NCBI GenBank assembly: GCA_905182785.1
Contig: CAJJDF010000020.1
Location: forward strand, 3,177-67,176
Reading direction: 5' to 3'
Origin: an uncultured Flavobacteriales bacterium
Lineage (GTDB): Bacteria > Bacteroidota > Bacteroidia > Flavobacteriales_D > CAJJDF01
Length of the DNA stretch: 64,000 nucleotides
Positions 46,690-57,180 of the stretch are shown here, piece after piece; within the stretch, counting starts at the first letter, position 1, and each line of letters begins with the position of its first letter. The notes beneath the pieces were generated by a model. It had not been told where the DNA came from. It saw only the letters and a list, made by a program, of their open reading frames with translations, and searched no databases. The position numbers and the translations under genes are program-made.

Positions 46690-47637
46690 TTATTTAGGAG
46701 CAAACATGCTTTCTCTCCATCCGCTTTCATCATCTCCATAATATAAATTTAAATAGTTTTTATAACGAGATTCTGAAATATTTCCACTTTCTAAAGCAAC
46801 TTTCACAGCACATTTTGGTTCGTTTATATGCACACAGTTATTGAATTTACATTCGTTCATTAATTTTCTCATTTCAGGAAAATAATGGTGAATTACTTCT
46901 TTTTCAATGTCTACAATTCCCAGCCCTTTTATTCCTGGAGTATCAATGATATAACCACCAAATTTTAATTCATGCATCTCTGCAAAAGTAGTGGTGTGCT
47001 TTCCTTGGTTGTGCGAATCGGATATGTCATCAGTTTTAATATTCATATCAGAATCGATAAGATTAATCAAGGATGATTTTCCAACTCCAGAATTTCCAGA
47101 GAAAACAGAAGTTTTTCCTTTCATTTCATCCATTACTGCTTCAATATTTATGTTTTTCTCTACTGAAGTCTTAATACAGTGATAACCAATATTAGAATAA
47201 ATTCTAATGTATTCTTCTAGTTCCAATTCTTCTTCCTCAGATAATAAATCAATTTTATTAAAAATAATAGTGGTAGGAATGTGATATGCTTCTGCCGAAA
47301 CAAGAAATCTATCTATAAAATTGGAGTAAGTTTTAGGGTGATTAATAGTAACTACCAAAAATGCCAAATCTATGTTTGAGGCTATAATATGTGATTTCTT
47401 AGATAGGTTTACAGACTTACGAATGATGTAGTTTTTTCTATCTTCAATCTCTACAATAATTCCGTTATCGTCTTCCTGTATTTCTATCAGCACAAAATCT
47501 CCAACCGTAACAGGGCTAGTTGTTCTAATTCCTTTTAATCTGAATTTTCCTTTTATTCTACAGTTTACGATTCCTCCATTTTCTATTTTCACAGAAAACC
47601 AACTTCCGGTAGATTTTATGACTAGTCCTTTTTTCAA
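46690..47637 (-). CDS. rsgA: Ribosome small-subunit-dependent GTPase A
   Basis: Circularly permuted GTPase with an OB domain, NKIDL and GNSGVGKSS motifs, and a C-terminal zinc-finger-like CKFNNCVHINEPKC. Confidence 0.9.
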   Translation of the reverse strand: MKKGLVIKSTGSWFSVKIENGGIVNCRIKGKFRLKGIRTTSPVTVGDFVLIEIQEDDNGIIVEIEDRKNYIIRKSVNLSKKSHIIASNIDLAFLVVTINHPKTYSNFIDRFLVSAEAYHIPTTIIFNKIDLLSEEEELELEEYIRIYSNIGYHCIKTSVEKNINIEAVMDEMKGKTSVFSGNSGVGKSSLINLIDSDMNIKTDDISDSHNQGKHTTTFAEMHELKFGGYIIDTPGIKGLGIVDIEKEVIHHYFPEMRKLMNECKFNNCVHINEPKCAVKVALESGNISESRYKNYLNLYYGDDESGWRESMFAPK

Positions 47638-47752
47638 GTAATAATTTAGTTTTTCAAATATAGTTTTTTATTGAGAAATTTAAGTCCAATAACCCTTCAA
47701 GGTTGTCTATTTTTCTTTATTTTTATAGATTGATTAAAATTCAGGAGGTAAT

Positions 47753-48658
47753 ATGTCGATAGAAATAAAGAATGTCACAAAAATTTACGGATTACAAAAA
47801 GCACTAAATGAAGTTTCTTTTACTGTAAATCAGGGAGAAATTTTAGGTTTTTTGGGTCCAAATGGAGCAGGGAAATCAACTTTAATGAAAATTATATCGT
47901 GCTACATTCCACCCACAGAAGGAACCGTAATTGTAGATGGATATGACGTGAGAGAAGATTCGCTCGAGATAAGAAAACGAGTAGGTTATTTACCAGAACA
48001 CAATCCATTATATTTGGATATGTATGTGAAAGAATATTTGACATTTATAGCAGGTATTCATAAACTGAATAAGAAAAAAGAAAAACTCTCTAATGTAATT
48101 GATTTAGTTGGTTTAGGGTTAGAACAAAATAAGAAAATAGGACAATTATCTAAAGGTTATAAACAAAGGGTAGGATTAGCCCAGGCTCTTATTCATGATC
48201 CAAAAGTATTAATTCTAGATGAGCCAACAAGTGGTTTAGACCCTAACCAATTGGCAGACATTAGAGAAGTAATTAAAAATATTGGGAAAGAAAAAACGGT
48301 TATGTTTTCTTCACATATTATGCAAGAGATTGAAGCAATTTGCGACAGAATTGTCATAATAAATAGAGGCAAACTAATAGTTGATAAAGATGCGCTTCAG
48401 ATGATGAACTCTAACTCAAGTCAACAAATTGTTCAGGTAGAATTTGAAAAAATAGTTTCTAAAACCGAATTGAAATCTATAAAAGGAGTAGAGAAAGTAA
48501 AACAACTTGAAGGTAATAGTTGGCAATTGATTTCTACAAAACCCGAAGATTTAAGGGTGGAGATTTCAAAATTTGCATCAAGTAAAGGAATTCTTGTGCT
48601 TTCGCTTCAAAAAGAAACACAGAAATTAGAGAATATTTTCAAAGAGTTAACTAATTAA
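47753..48658 (+). CDS. gldA: Gliding motility-associated ABC transporter ATP-binding subunit GldA (probable)
   Basis: Walker A GPNGAGKST, signature LSKGYKQR and Walker B LILDEPT. The N-terminal 100 aa (incl. GYLPEHNPLYLDMYV) closely match my recollection of F. johnsoniae GldA. gldF and gldG are not adjacent. Confidence 0.7.
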   Translation: MSIEIKNVTKIYGLQKALNEVSFTVNQGEILGFLGPNGAGKSTLMKIISCYIPPTEGTVIVDGYDVREDSLEIRKRVGYLPEHNPLYLDMYVKEYLTFIAGIHKLNKKKEKLSNVIDLVGLGLEQNKKIGQLSKGYKQRVGLAQALIHDPKVLILDEPTSGLDPNQLADIREVIKNIGKEKTVMFSSHIMQEIEAICDRIVIINRGKLIVDKDALQMMNSNSSQQIVQVEFEKIVSKTELKSIKGVEKVKQLEGNSWQLISTKPEDLRVEISKFASSKGILVLSLQKETQKLENIFKELTN

Positions 48659-48674
48659 AACAAACTATAAGTAA

Positions 48675-50660
48675 ATGGAATTCAAATTAGTTTCAGACTT
48701 TAAACCAACTGGAGATCAACCAGGAGCAATAAAGGAATTGGTACAAGGACTTAATGACGGAGCAGAAAGTCAAGTTTTACTTGGGGTAACAGGTTCTGGA
48801 AAAACATTTACAGTAGCGAATGTTATCCAACAAACAAATAGACCAACTTTGGTTCTTTCTCACAACAAGACTTTAGCAGCACAATTGTTTGAAGAGTTCA
48901 CCAATTTTTTTCCAGAAAATAGAGTAGAGTATTTTGTTTCCTATTACGATTATTACCAGCCAGAAGCTTATTTACCAACTACAGGAACTTACATAGAAAA
49001 AGATTTATCCATCAATGATGAGATTGAAAAATTAAGATTGAGAGCAACATCTGCTTTACTCTCTGGAAGGAAAGATGTAATTGTTGTTTCTTCAGTTTCT
49101 TGTATTTATGGTATTGGAAACCCAACCAATTTCAAAGACAGTATTCTTGAAATAAAAGTTGGACAGGTTGTAACTAGAAATACATTTTTAGGGCAGTTAG
49201 TTGATAACCTTTACTCTAGAGCAGGTTTAGATTTTGAAAGAGGAACTTTTAGAGTGAAAGGAGATACAATTGACATCAATTTGCCTTATGCAGATTTTTC
49301 ATTGCGAATAGGATTTTGGGGTGATGAAATGGAATCCATAGCAACTATAGATAACGAAACATCAAAGACAATTGAAAAATTTGATGACTATTCAATTTAC
49401 CCAGCCAATATATTTGTAACCTCGAAAGATACCATTCAAGGAGCAATTCATTTGATTCAAGAGGATATGGTTGCTAGAATAGATGCTTTTGAAAAAGGAG
49501 GACAACATTTAGAAGCTAAAAGACTGGAAGAAAGAGTAACTCTGGATTTGGAAATGATAAGAGAGTTGGGTTATTGTTCTGGAATAGAAAATTACTCGAG
49601 GTATTTTGATGGAAGAGAACAAGGGTCTAGGCCTTTCTGTTTGTTAGATTATTTCCCAGATAATATGTTGATGGTGGTGGATGAAAGTCATGTTACTTTA
49701 CCACAAATACGAGCTATGTATGGAGGTGATAGAGCCAGAAAGATAAACTTGGTGGAACATGGATTTAGATTGCCTTCAGCCATGGATAATCGTCCTTTGA
49801 GGTTTGAGGAGTTTGAAGCGATCACAGAGCAAACTATTTATGTGTCGGCAACCCCTGCCGATTATGAATTAGAAAGATCGGAGGGGGTTTTTGTGGAACA
49901 ATTAATAAGACCTACAGGGTTGTTAGATCCAAAAATTGAAGTTCGCCCAAGTAAAAACCAGATAGATGATTTACTAGATGAAATTCACGATACGATAAAA
50001 TTAGACGAAAGAATATTGATAACTACTCTTACCAAAAGAATGGCAGAGGAGATGCAAAAATATTTGGATAGAGTGAATGTTAAATCAAGATATATCCACT
50101 CTGATGTGGATACAATGGATAGAATTGAAATTATCCAAGATTTAAGAAAAGGTGCTTATGACGTACTTGTTGGAGTCAATTTACTGAGAGAAGGACTGGA
50201 TTTGCCAGAAGTTTCTTTAATCATTATTTTGGATGCAGATAAAGAAGGTTTTTTAAGGTCGGAAAGAGCATTGGTACAAACTGTAGGAAGAGCAGCAAGA
50301 AATGTAAATGGGAGAGTGATAATGTATGCGGATAAGATGACCAATTCTATGCAGAAGACTATAGATGAAACAGAGAGAAGGAGAGGAATTCAAATAGCAC
50401 ACAATAAAAAACATGGATTAACCCCCACTCCAATTAAAAAGAATTCGGAAAACACGCCTTATAAATTTGAGAATAATTTAGAAAAGGTGCATACTATTGC
50501 AGCAGAAGAGGAAGTTTCTTACTTGACTAAAAATCAAGTAGAAAACAATATTAAAATGACTAAGAAGGCCATGGAAAAAGCTGCAAAAGAATTTGATTTT
50601 GTTGAAGCAGCAAGATTAAGAGATCATATTAAAATTTTAGAGAAACAATCGACAAGCTAA
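48675..50660 (+). CDS. uvrB: Excinuclease ABC subunit B
   Basis: Helicase motifs (GVTGSGKT, DESH) and a C-terminal UVR domain (FDFVEAARLRD). Confidence 0.95.
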   Translation: MEFKLVSDFKPTGDQPGAIKELVQGLNDGAESQVLLGVTGSGKTFTVANVIQQTNRPTLVLSHNKTLAAQLFEEFTNFFPENRVEYFVSYYDYYQPEAYLPTTGTYIEKDLSINDEIEKLRLRATSALLSGRKDVIVVSSVSCIYGIGNPTNFKDSILEIKVGQVVTRNTFLGQLVDNLYSRAGLDFERGTFRVKGDTIDINLPYADFSLRIGFWGDEMESIATIDNETSKTIEKFDDYSIYPANIFVTSKDTIQGAIHLIQEDMVARIDAFEKGGQHLEAKRLEERVTLDLEMIRELGYCSGIENYSRYFDGREQGSRPFCLLDYFPDNMLMVVDESHVTLPQIRAMYGGDRARKINLVEHGFRLPSAMDNRPLRFEEFEAITEQTIYVSATPADYELERSEGVFVEQLIRPTGLLDPKIEVRPSKNQIDDLLDEIHDTIKLDERILITTLTKRMAEEMQKYLDRVNVKSRYIHSDVDTMDRIEIIQDLRKGAYDVLVGVNLLREGLDLPEVSLIIILDADKEGFLRSERALVQTVGRAARNVNGRVIMYADKMTNSMQKTIDETERRRGIQIAHNKKHGLTPTPIKKNSENTPYKFENNLEKVHTIAAEEEVSYLTKNQVENNIKMTKKAMEKAAKEFDFVEAARLRDHIKILEKQSTS

Positions 50661-50738
50661 ATAGGTTTAGTTATCTCTCTAAAATTTAAGCAACCAAATA
50701 AATAAAATTTCGTATTTTTAGGAAACGCAGATATATTT

Positions 50739-53700
50739 ATGAAGATAAAAAACATACTCCAAACGCTTATTTTAGTTTTGTTATTATCCCCAGTAATAGC
50801 GCAAATCTCACAAGGAGTTACGATTCCCCTTATACCAGGAAAGACAACACCATTCGTAGGAGAGAAATGTGCTTCTCACTACATGGATGAGTTTCTATTG
50901 AGGCAAGACCCAACTTACAAAGCAATGAGGCAACAAATAGAAGTTGCAACTCAACAATATATTCAGAATCAAGCTTCAAGTAGATCTGGAAGTAGAGGGG
51001 TTGTTTATACTATTCCAATTGTTTTCCATGTCATGCATGAAGGTGAGGCAGTAGGAGATTCAACTAACATACCGGATGCTCAAATTTATTCTTGTATTGC
51101 AGCATTAAATAGAGACTTTAGAAGAAACTCTGCAGATGGAGGAATAGCTCAAGGTGGACCCTTAGGAATAGATGCTGAAATAGAATTCTGTATCGCAAGA
51201 AAAGATCCTAGTGGTAATTTTACAAGTGGAATTACTAGGCATGATATGTCTGGGATTCAGGGTTATGTAGATAGTGGAGTATACCATCAAGCTTCTTGGA
51301 GAAGTGATGTGCCAATGAAAACAATGGTGCAATGGAATCCAGCCCAATACTTAAATGTATGGGTGGTAAATAAAATTAAAAGTACTACCAATATTTATGC
51401 TGGAGGAGGAGGAGGAGTAATTGGATATGCTACATTTCCTGGAGGATCAGCTACCTCAGATGGTGTTGTAATTAGATTCAGTGCAACAGGAAATGATATC
51501 TCCGGAGGTAATGGATTTAACTTATGGTCTGCAACAAATGACAACCGTGTTTTAACTCATGAATTAGGTCATTACCTTAATTTATACCACACTTTTCAAG
51601 GAACTTCTTCGTGTACGCCAGGAACTCCTTGTGCAACATCAGGAGATAACTGTTGCGATACACCTCCTACAACAGTTGGGACAGGAAATGCTTGTACAAC
51701 TCTTGCTTGTCCTTTAGACAATAAAGAAAATTACATGCAATACCAAAATGGGGCTTGTGCTTCAGACTTTACTCCAAATCAAGTTACAAGAATGAGAGCT
51801 GTATTAGCTTTGGGTGGTGCAAGAAATGCTTTAACAACTACTCCAAATTGTTTATCTCCCTTCCAATATAATCCTTATGTAGCAAGTATACTTTATCCAA
51901 AAGATACTGTTTGTTCTAATACTATTCCAGGTTATGCAATAGTTTGTAATGGAGGTTGGGATACATTAAAAACCTTTAATATTAAATATAGCATTGATGC
52001 AGGTACAGTACTTAACTATTTTTGGTCAGGGAAATTAGCTCCTTCAGAATGTGATACAGTAGTTTTTCCTCAAATTATAACAATAACAGGAGCTCATTCT
52101 TATAATGTAGAGATTGATTCAACTCTTATTAATGGATTCAATAACGATGGATTTACATCAGATAATTCACTTTCTTCTGCATTTTATTCTAAAGATGGGT
52201 TTGGTGTAGTTATAGCTATAACGACCGATTGTAAAGCACAAGAAACTTCTTGGGTGTTAAAAGATACGGGAGGAGCAATTATTATGACAGGAGGAGGGTA
52301 TGCGCAACAAATTCAAAACATTTTTGAGACTGCTTGTCTGGATTCGGGGTGTTATGTATTTACCATATATGATGTAGGTGGAGATGGACTGCAGAAATCA
52401 GGATTTTGCTTTACAGATGGTAAGTTTTCTGTAACTGATGTAACAACAGGTCAAACCATAGCGAAATCAATTAATCCAAATTTTGGAGATTCAGCAACAT
52501 ACACTTTTTGTCTTCCTTATAATACACAATTAACACCAGGTTTTACAGGCTGTGATACAGTATATCCAGGTTATCCATTATATTTTAATGATACCTCTAT
52601 TTCTTTTCCTGCTGCTTTCGGTTGGAAATGGGATTTTGGAGATGGAACAAGTTCAACCTTGGTCAATCCTGTTAAAAGCTATTCTTTATTGGGAACATAC
52701 AATGTGGAAATGGTAGTGGAAAATGCAGCATTGAAAGATTCGGTAACTAAAACAGGATGTGTGGTTGTAATCCCTACACCTCCAGGATTCTGCGATACGT
52801 TAGATAATTATAATTTGGCAGTGGATACTATGATTTTCTATGATTTAATAGGAACTTGGGGGTACTATCCAGGACACAATGGAGCAAATTTAAGTGGTTA
52901 TGCAGAACCTTTTACTTTAACAGGAGTAAATACAATTCAAAGAGTTATTTTACCTGTTGTTCAAGCCTATGCTGGAACCCCAACTTCTACTTTTGTCATT
53001 AATGTATTTGCCGACAATGCCGGTTCTCCAGGGGCAATTTTATCTTCTGATACAATATTAATAAATAGCTTGGTAGCAGGAGTGAGTAATGAAATTTACT
53101 TAACCACACCTCCATTTGTTACGGGTAATTTTTGGACAGGGATAGAGTTAAATTATGGAGTGGGAGATACACTTGTAATTACTGCAGCCTTACATAGAAT
53201 AGGAGGCTTAAATACAACCTATGTGAAAACTGCTGGAATATGGCAAAGTTCAACAGCTGTTGCGGCAATAAATTCTTCAACTGGGCTTAGAGTAATTTAT
53301 ACAGATTTACCAGCAACAGGAACATTAAATGTATCGAGAAGTAGAATTTGTCAAGGGCAATCTACTAATTTCTCAGCAACTTCTCTTTCTAATTACGATT
53401 CTTTAAAATGGTTTTTTCCAGGAGGAACCCCTTCATTTTCTACGAATATAAATCAAACAGTAACTTATTCTAATTCTGGCACATACAATGCAATATTATA
53501 CCTAGAAGGGATTTGTAGTAATGACAGTATTATTAGAACAATAATTGTTGATACTTCAGCAACTACTGTAAGTTTTACTGAGACTTCTTTATTGGTTTGT
53601 GAACAAGATTCAATTTATTTTGACGGAACTATTACAGGAGCAGGAACTATTTATTGGACTTTTCCAGGAGGGTTACCCAGTGTTTCTAGCCAAGAAGATG

Positions 53701-54530
53701 ATACAGTTTTCTTTACAGTCCCAGGGGTTTTTAATGTAAAAATGAAATCTGTAAATGGATGTGGTTCTGATAGTGTTTCAAAAGTATTGACAGTTAGATC
53801 GTATCCTACAACAGTAATAACACCAGGTGATACAACTTTATGTGATGGTACTCCAATTACTTTCTCTACATCAGGTGGGTTGTCCTACAATTGGAGTAAT
53901 GGAGCAACAACTTCTTCAATAAATGTAACCCCAACTGCAACTACTCAATATTGGTCAGTAGCAAGTAATGGAAATTGCCAAGGTGATACAGGTTATGTAA
54001 CTGTTACACATAATCTAATTCCTACAGTAGTAGCGAATGCAACACCTGATACGGTTTGTCTTGGAGAAGCTATTTATTTTAGTATGACAGGTTCAAATGC
54101 AATAACCTATGATTGGAAGTATGGAGATTTAACAACTTCAACAATACCAAATGGAACTCACACTTATACCACTGCAGGAGTTTTTACAGCAACTTTAAGA
54201 GGGGTTTACGGGATATGCGAAAAAATAAATACGACACAAGTTGTAGTTGTTAATTGCACAGGATTAGAAGAGTCAGCACTTTCAAGATCGGTAGTTGTGT
54301 ATCCAAATCCAGCTAGTCATTATTTGAATATTTCATTTTTAGATGAAAGTATGGGGAATGTTCGTATTGATATGATAAACAGCACAGGAAAACTCGTTCT
54401 TTCTAAGGAGATAATTAATAGAAAGAACTTGGAAGGAATTGATTTAAATGATTTTTCAGAAGGAGTTTACCTCCTAAGGTTTACTTCAGATAATAGCTCG
54501 TTTACTAAAAGATTGGTGATAATGAAGTAA
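50739..54530 (+). CDS. M43 (pappalysin/cytophagalysin-like) zinc metalloprotease with PKD domains and T9SS C-terminal sorting domain
   Basis: 1263 aa with a signal peptide and the metzincin motif HELGHYLNLYHTF. It has a PKD-type segment (WKWDFGDGTSSTLVNPVKSY), more Ig-like repeats and a C-terminal T9SS sorting domain (VVYPNPASHYLNI ... GVYLLRF). Confidence 0.8.
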   Translation: MKIKNILQTLILVLLLSPVIAQISQGVTIPLIPGKTTPFVGEKCASHYMDEFLLRQDPTYKAMRQQIEVATQQYIQNQASSRSGSRGVVYTIPIVFHVMHEGEAVGDSTNIPDAQIYSCIAALNRDFRRNSADGGIAQGGPLGIDAEIEFCIARKDPSGNFTSGITRHDMSGIQGYVDSGVYHQASWRSDVPMKTMVQWNPAQYLNVWVVNKIKSTTNIYAGGGGGVIGYATFPGGSATSDGVVIRFSATGNDISGGNGFNLWSATNDNRVLTHELGHYLNLYHTFQGTSSCTPGTPCATSGDNCCDTPPTTVGTGNACTTLACPLDNKENYMQYQNGACASDFTPNQVTRMRAVLALGGARNALTTTPNCLSPFQYNPYVASILYPKDTVCSNTIPGYAIVCNGGWDTLKTFNIKYSIDAGTVLNYFWSGKLAPSECDTVVFPQIITITGAHSYNVEIDSTLINGFNNDGFTSDNSLSSAFYSKDGFGVVIAITTDCKAQETSWVLKDTGGAIIMTGGGYAQQIQNIFETACLDSGCYVFTIYDVGGDGLQKSGFCFTDGKFSVTDVTTGQTIAKSINPNFGDSATYTFCLPYNTQLTPGFTGCDTVYPGYPLYFNDTSISFPAAFGWKWDFGDGTSSTLVNPVKSYSLLGTYNVEMVVENAALKDSVTKTGCVVVIPTPPGFCDTLDNYNLAVDTMIFYDLIGTWGYYPGHNGANLSGYAEPFTLTGVNTIQRVILPVVQAYAGTPTSTFVINVFADNAGSPGAILSSDTILINSLVAGVSNEIYLTTPPFVTGNFWTGIELNYGVGDTLVITAALHRIGGLNTTYVKTAGIWQSSTAVAAINSSTGLRVIYTDLPATGTLNVSRSRICQGQSTNFSATSLSNYDSLKWFFPGGTPSFSTNINQTVTYSNSGTYNAILYLEGICSNDSIIRTIIVDTSATTVSFTETSLLVCEQDSIYFDGTITGAGTIYWTFPGGLPSVSSQEDDTVFFTVPGVFNVKMKSVNGCGSDSVSKVLTVRSYPTTVITPGDTTLCDGTPITFSTSGGLSYNWSNGATTSSINVTPTATTQYWSVASNGNCQGDTGYVTVTHNLIPTVVANATPDTVCLGEAIYFSMTGSNAITYDWKYGDLTTSTIPNGTHTYTTAGVFTATLRGVYGICEKINTTQVVVVNCTGLEESALSRSVVVYPNPASHYLNISFLDESMGNVRIDMINSTGKLVLSKEIINRKNLEGIDLNDFSEGVYLLRFTSDNSSFTKRLVIMK

Positions 54531-54554
54531 ATTTAATTATAATTGTCTGTGTGA

Positions 54555-54588
54555 AACTCCATTAGAATATTCTAATGGAGTTTTTTTT
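54555..54588 (+). terminator. Rho-independent terminator after the M43 protease gene
   Basis: 13-bp stem AACTCCATTAGAA / TTCTAATGGAGTT followed by T8. Confidence 0.7.
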
Positions 54589-54781
54589 ATATAAAAATAG
54601 GAGGTAGGATAGAAACGAATTATACGAATAAATTTGAATTAGATAAACACAAGGTAAGTTATACTAGATTCTCTTTCTAAAATCAGGAAGGGAACCACAA
54701 AATCTAAGTTTCTAGTTATTTCTTAACTATTGTTAAGTTTTATTATCGAATTATTGTTTTTCTTTGTAAAACATTATAATT

Positions 54782-57124
54782 ATGAAAAATTTAATTAAAA
54801 CAGCAATATTCTTATTGCTATCAAGTCCTTTTTTTTCTCAACAAACAACCTCAGTAATTAGAGGAACAATTACCGATAGAGTTTCGCAAGCTACACTTAT
54901 AGGTGTGAATGTTATATTGGTAGGTAGTGATCCAATTATAGGAACAACAACAGATGTAAATGGAGATTATAGATTGGAAAATGTGCCAACTGGACGTCAA
55001 ATTATTAGCGTTAGTTTTTTGGGGTATGAAACACGCGAAATTCCTAATTTACTTGTTTTATCCGCTAAGGAGTTAAGCAAGGATATTAACTTATCCGAAA
55101 AATACACAGAGCTTGGAGAGTTTGTTGTAAGAGGGAATATGGATAAGAGAGAATCTATAAATAAAATGAATACTGTTAGTTCTAGAACTCTTTCCATAGA
55201 AGAGGCGACAAGGTTTTCGGGAACTTTACAAGATCCAGCAAGAATGTCACAAAACTATGCAGGAGTTAGTGGTTCGTCAGACGATAGAAATGACATAATA
55301 ATAAGAGGAAATTCTCCTACAGGAGTACTTTGGAGGTTAGAGGGGGTTGATATACCAAGTCCCAACCATTTTTCTACTTTGGGAACTACAGGAGGACCCA
55401 TTAGTATGTTGAATGTGAATAACCTTAAGAACTCAGAATTTATGACCGGAGCATGGTCTGCAGAATATGGAAATGCCATGTCAGGAGTGTTTGATTTACA
55501 ATTGAGAGAAGGGAATAATGATAATTATGAACATTTATTTCAAATTGGAGCAAATGGATTTGAGTTGGGTTCTGAAGGGCCACTAAAAAAAGGAAAAAGA
55601 GCTTCTTATATGTTTAATTATAGATATTCGACTTTGGGTGTTTTTAATACATTAGGAATAGATTTAGGGACTGGATCTTCGATTCCAGAGTACCAAGATT
55701 TAACTTTCAAAATAAACGTGCCCACTAAAAAAGCAGGAATTTTCTCTTTGTTTGGAGTTGGTGGATTTAGTAATATTGATTTCAAGATAGACACTTCCGA
55801 GACTAATTTATTTGCTGATGAATCTTGGGAATCTAAATTCACAAGTCAAACAGGAATTATTGGAGTGTCTCATAAATATTTTTTTAATACCACTATGTTT
55901 TCAAAATTTGTGGTTGTAGCATCAGGAACAAGATCTGGAGGAAAAGTAGATTCTACAGGGTTTAATACCGATCAATTTACAAAGCTTTCGAGATTTGATA
56001 GAAAAATGGGCACTTATTCAGCACATTTTAAATTAAATAAAAAGATAAGTGTTAGAGACAGTTGGAATACTGGAATAATTTCAAAGATATATGCAATTAA
56101 CTTTGTCGATAGTTCTAAGAGGTTAAACGATTTCAAAGAGAATACTAATTTTAAAGGGAGTTTAAACCTGAATCAATTATACTTTACTTGGAGGCATAAT
56201 TTTTCTGAAAAGTTTGTTGGTAATTTTGGTATGCAAGGTCAATACTTTGCCTTATCAAACTCTAAAAGTTTAGAGCCAAGAATAGGACTAAGGTATGACA
56301 TGACAAAAAAAAGTAAGGCGACATATGGTTTTGGAATGCACAGTCAATTGCAGCCAATTGTCGTTTATTTTATAAACGACAATGTAAACAATACAACACC
56401 AAATGAGAATTTAGATTTTTCTCGCAGTATTCATAATGTATTAGGTTACGAAATAAACACAGGGGCTAATTCTAGATTAAAAGCTGAGGTTTATTATCAA
56501 TACATTTACAATATACCGATTGATACATTTAGTAGTTCTTTTTCAATGCTGAATGAAGGAGCAGATTTTACATTGCCTAATAAGACAGGATTGGTAAATA
56601 AAGGAACAGGATATAATTATGGAGTAGAACTTACTTTTGAAAAGTTTCTTTCTAAAGGATATTATTATCTATTAACTGCCTCTGTTTTTGAATCTAAATA
56701 TAAAGGGAGTGATGGAGTGGAAAGGAACACGGCATTTAATAATACGTATGTTTTTAATGCTTTGGCAGGAAAAGAGTTTGTATTAAAAAACAACATATCG
56801 CTTACATTTGACACAAAAATAACTGTTGCAGGAGGAAGAGCTTATACGCCAATAGATTTGGCAGCTTCTCAAGCCCAATTTAAAGAAGTGAGAAATAACG
56901 AGGATGCTTTTTCTCAGAATTACCAACCTTATTTTAGATTAGATTTTAAAGTTGGGTTTAGATGGAACAGTAAAAAAGTAACGCAAGAATTTATGTTTGA
57001 CATTCAAAATATCACAAATCAAAAAAACATATTTATTCAAGGATACAAGGTGTCAGAGCAGGTAATAAAAACAAATTATCAAAGAGGATTTTTCCCAGTA
57101 GCTTTGTATCGATTATATTTTTAA
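54782..57124 (+). CDS. TonB-dependent receptor-like OM protein with N-terminal carboxypeptidase-regulatory-like domain
   Basis: 780 aa with a signal peptide and a CarboxypepD_reg-like segment (IRGTITD...GVNVIL...TDVNGDYRLENVP). A plug-like segment (IIIRGNSPTGVLWRLEGVDI) and a long barrel ending ...LYRLYF follow. Confidence 0.7.
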   Translation: MKNLIKTAIFLLLSSPFFSQQTTSVIRGTITDRVSQATLIGVNVILVGSDPIIGTTTDVNGDYRLENVPTGRQIISVSFLGYETREIPNLLVLSAKELSKDINLSEKYTELGEFVVRGNMDKRESINKMNTVSSRTLSIEEATRFSGTLQDPARMSQNYAGVSGSSDDRNDIIIRGNSPTGVLWRLEGVDIPSPNHFSTLGTTGGPISMLNVNNLKNSEFMTGAWSAEYGNAMSGVFDLQLREGNNDNYEHLFQIGANGFELGSEGPLKKGKRASYMFNYRYSTLGVFNTLGIDLGTGSSIPEYQDLTFKINVPTKKAGIFSLFGVGGFSNIDFKIDTSETNLFADESWESKFTSQTGIIGVSHKYFFNTTMFSKFVVVASGTRSGGKVDSTGFNTDQFTKLSRFDRKMGTYSAHFKLNKKISVRDSWNTGIISKIYAINFVDSSKRLNDFKENTNFKGSLNLNQLYFTWRHNFSEKFVGNFGMQGQYFALSNSKSLEPRIGLRYDMTKKSKATYGFGMHSQLQPIVVYFINDNVNNTTPNENLDFSRSIHNVLGYEINTGANSRLKAEVYYQYIYNIPIDTFSSSFSMLNEGADFTLPNKTGLVNKGTGYNYGVELTFEKFLSKGYYYLLTASVFESKYKGSDGVERNTAFNNTYVFNALAGKEFVLKNNISLTFDTKITVAGGRAYTPIDLAASQAQFKEVRNNEDAFSQNYQPYFRLDFKVGFRWNSKKVTQEFMFDIQNITNQKNIFIQGYKVSEQVIKTNYQRGFFPVALYRLYF

Positions 57125-57180
57125 AAATTACAATTCTTGTTTGGTAGGATAATCTTATCTTTGGTAAAAAAAAATCTCAA

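Noticed and set aside
54589-54781. Possible riboswitch (e.g. cobalamin) in the ~190-nt leader of the TonB-dependent receptor-like gene. AATCAGGAAGGGAACCACAAAATC vaguely resembles part of the B12 element core.
   Set aside because: There is no B12 box (GCCACTG-like) and no GC-rich paired elements. The region is AT-rich and too short for the full aptamer. The resemblance is limited to one short purine-rich stretch.
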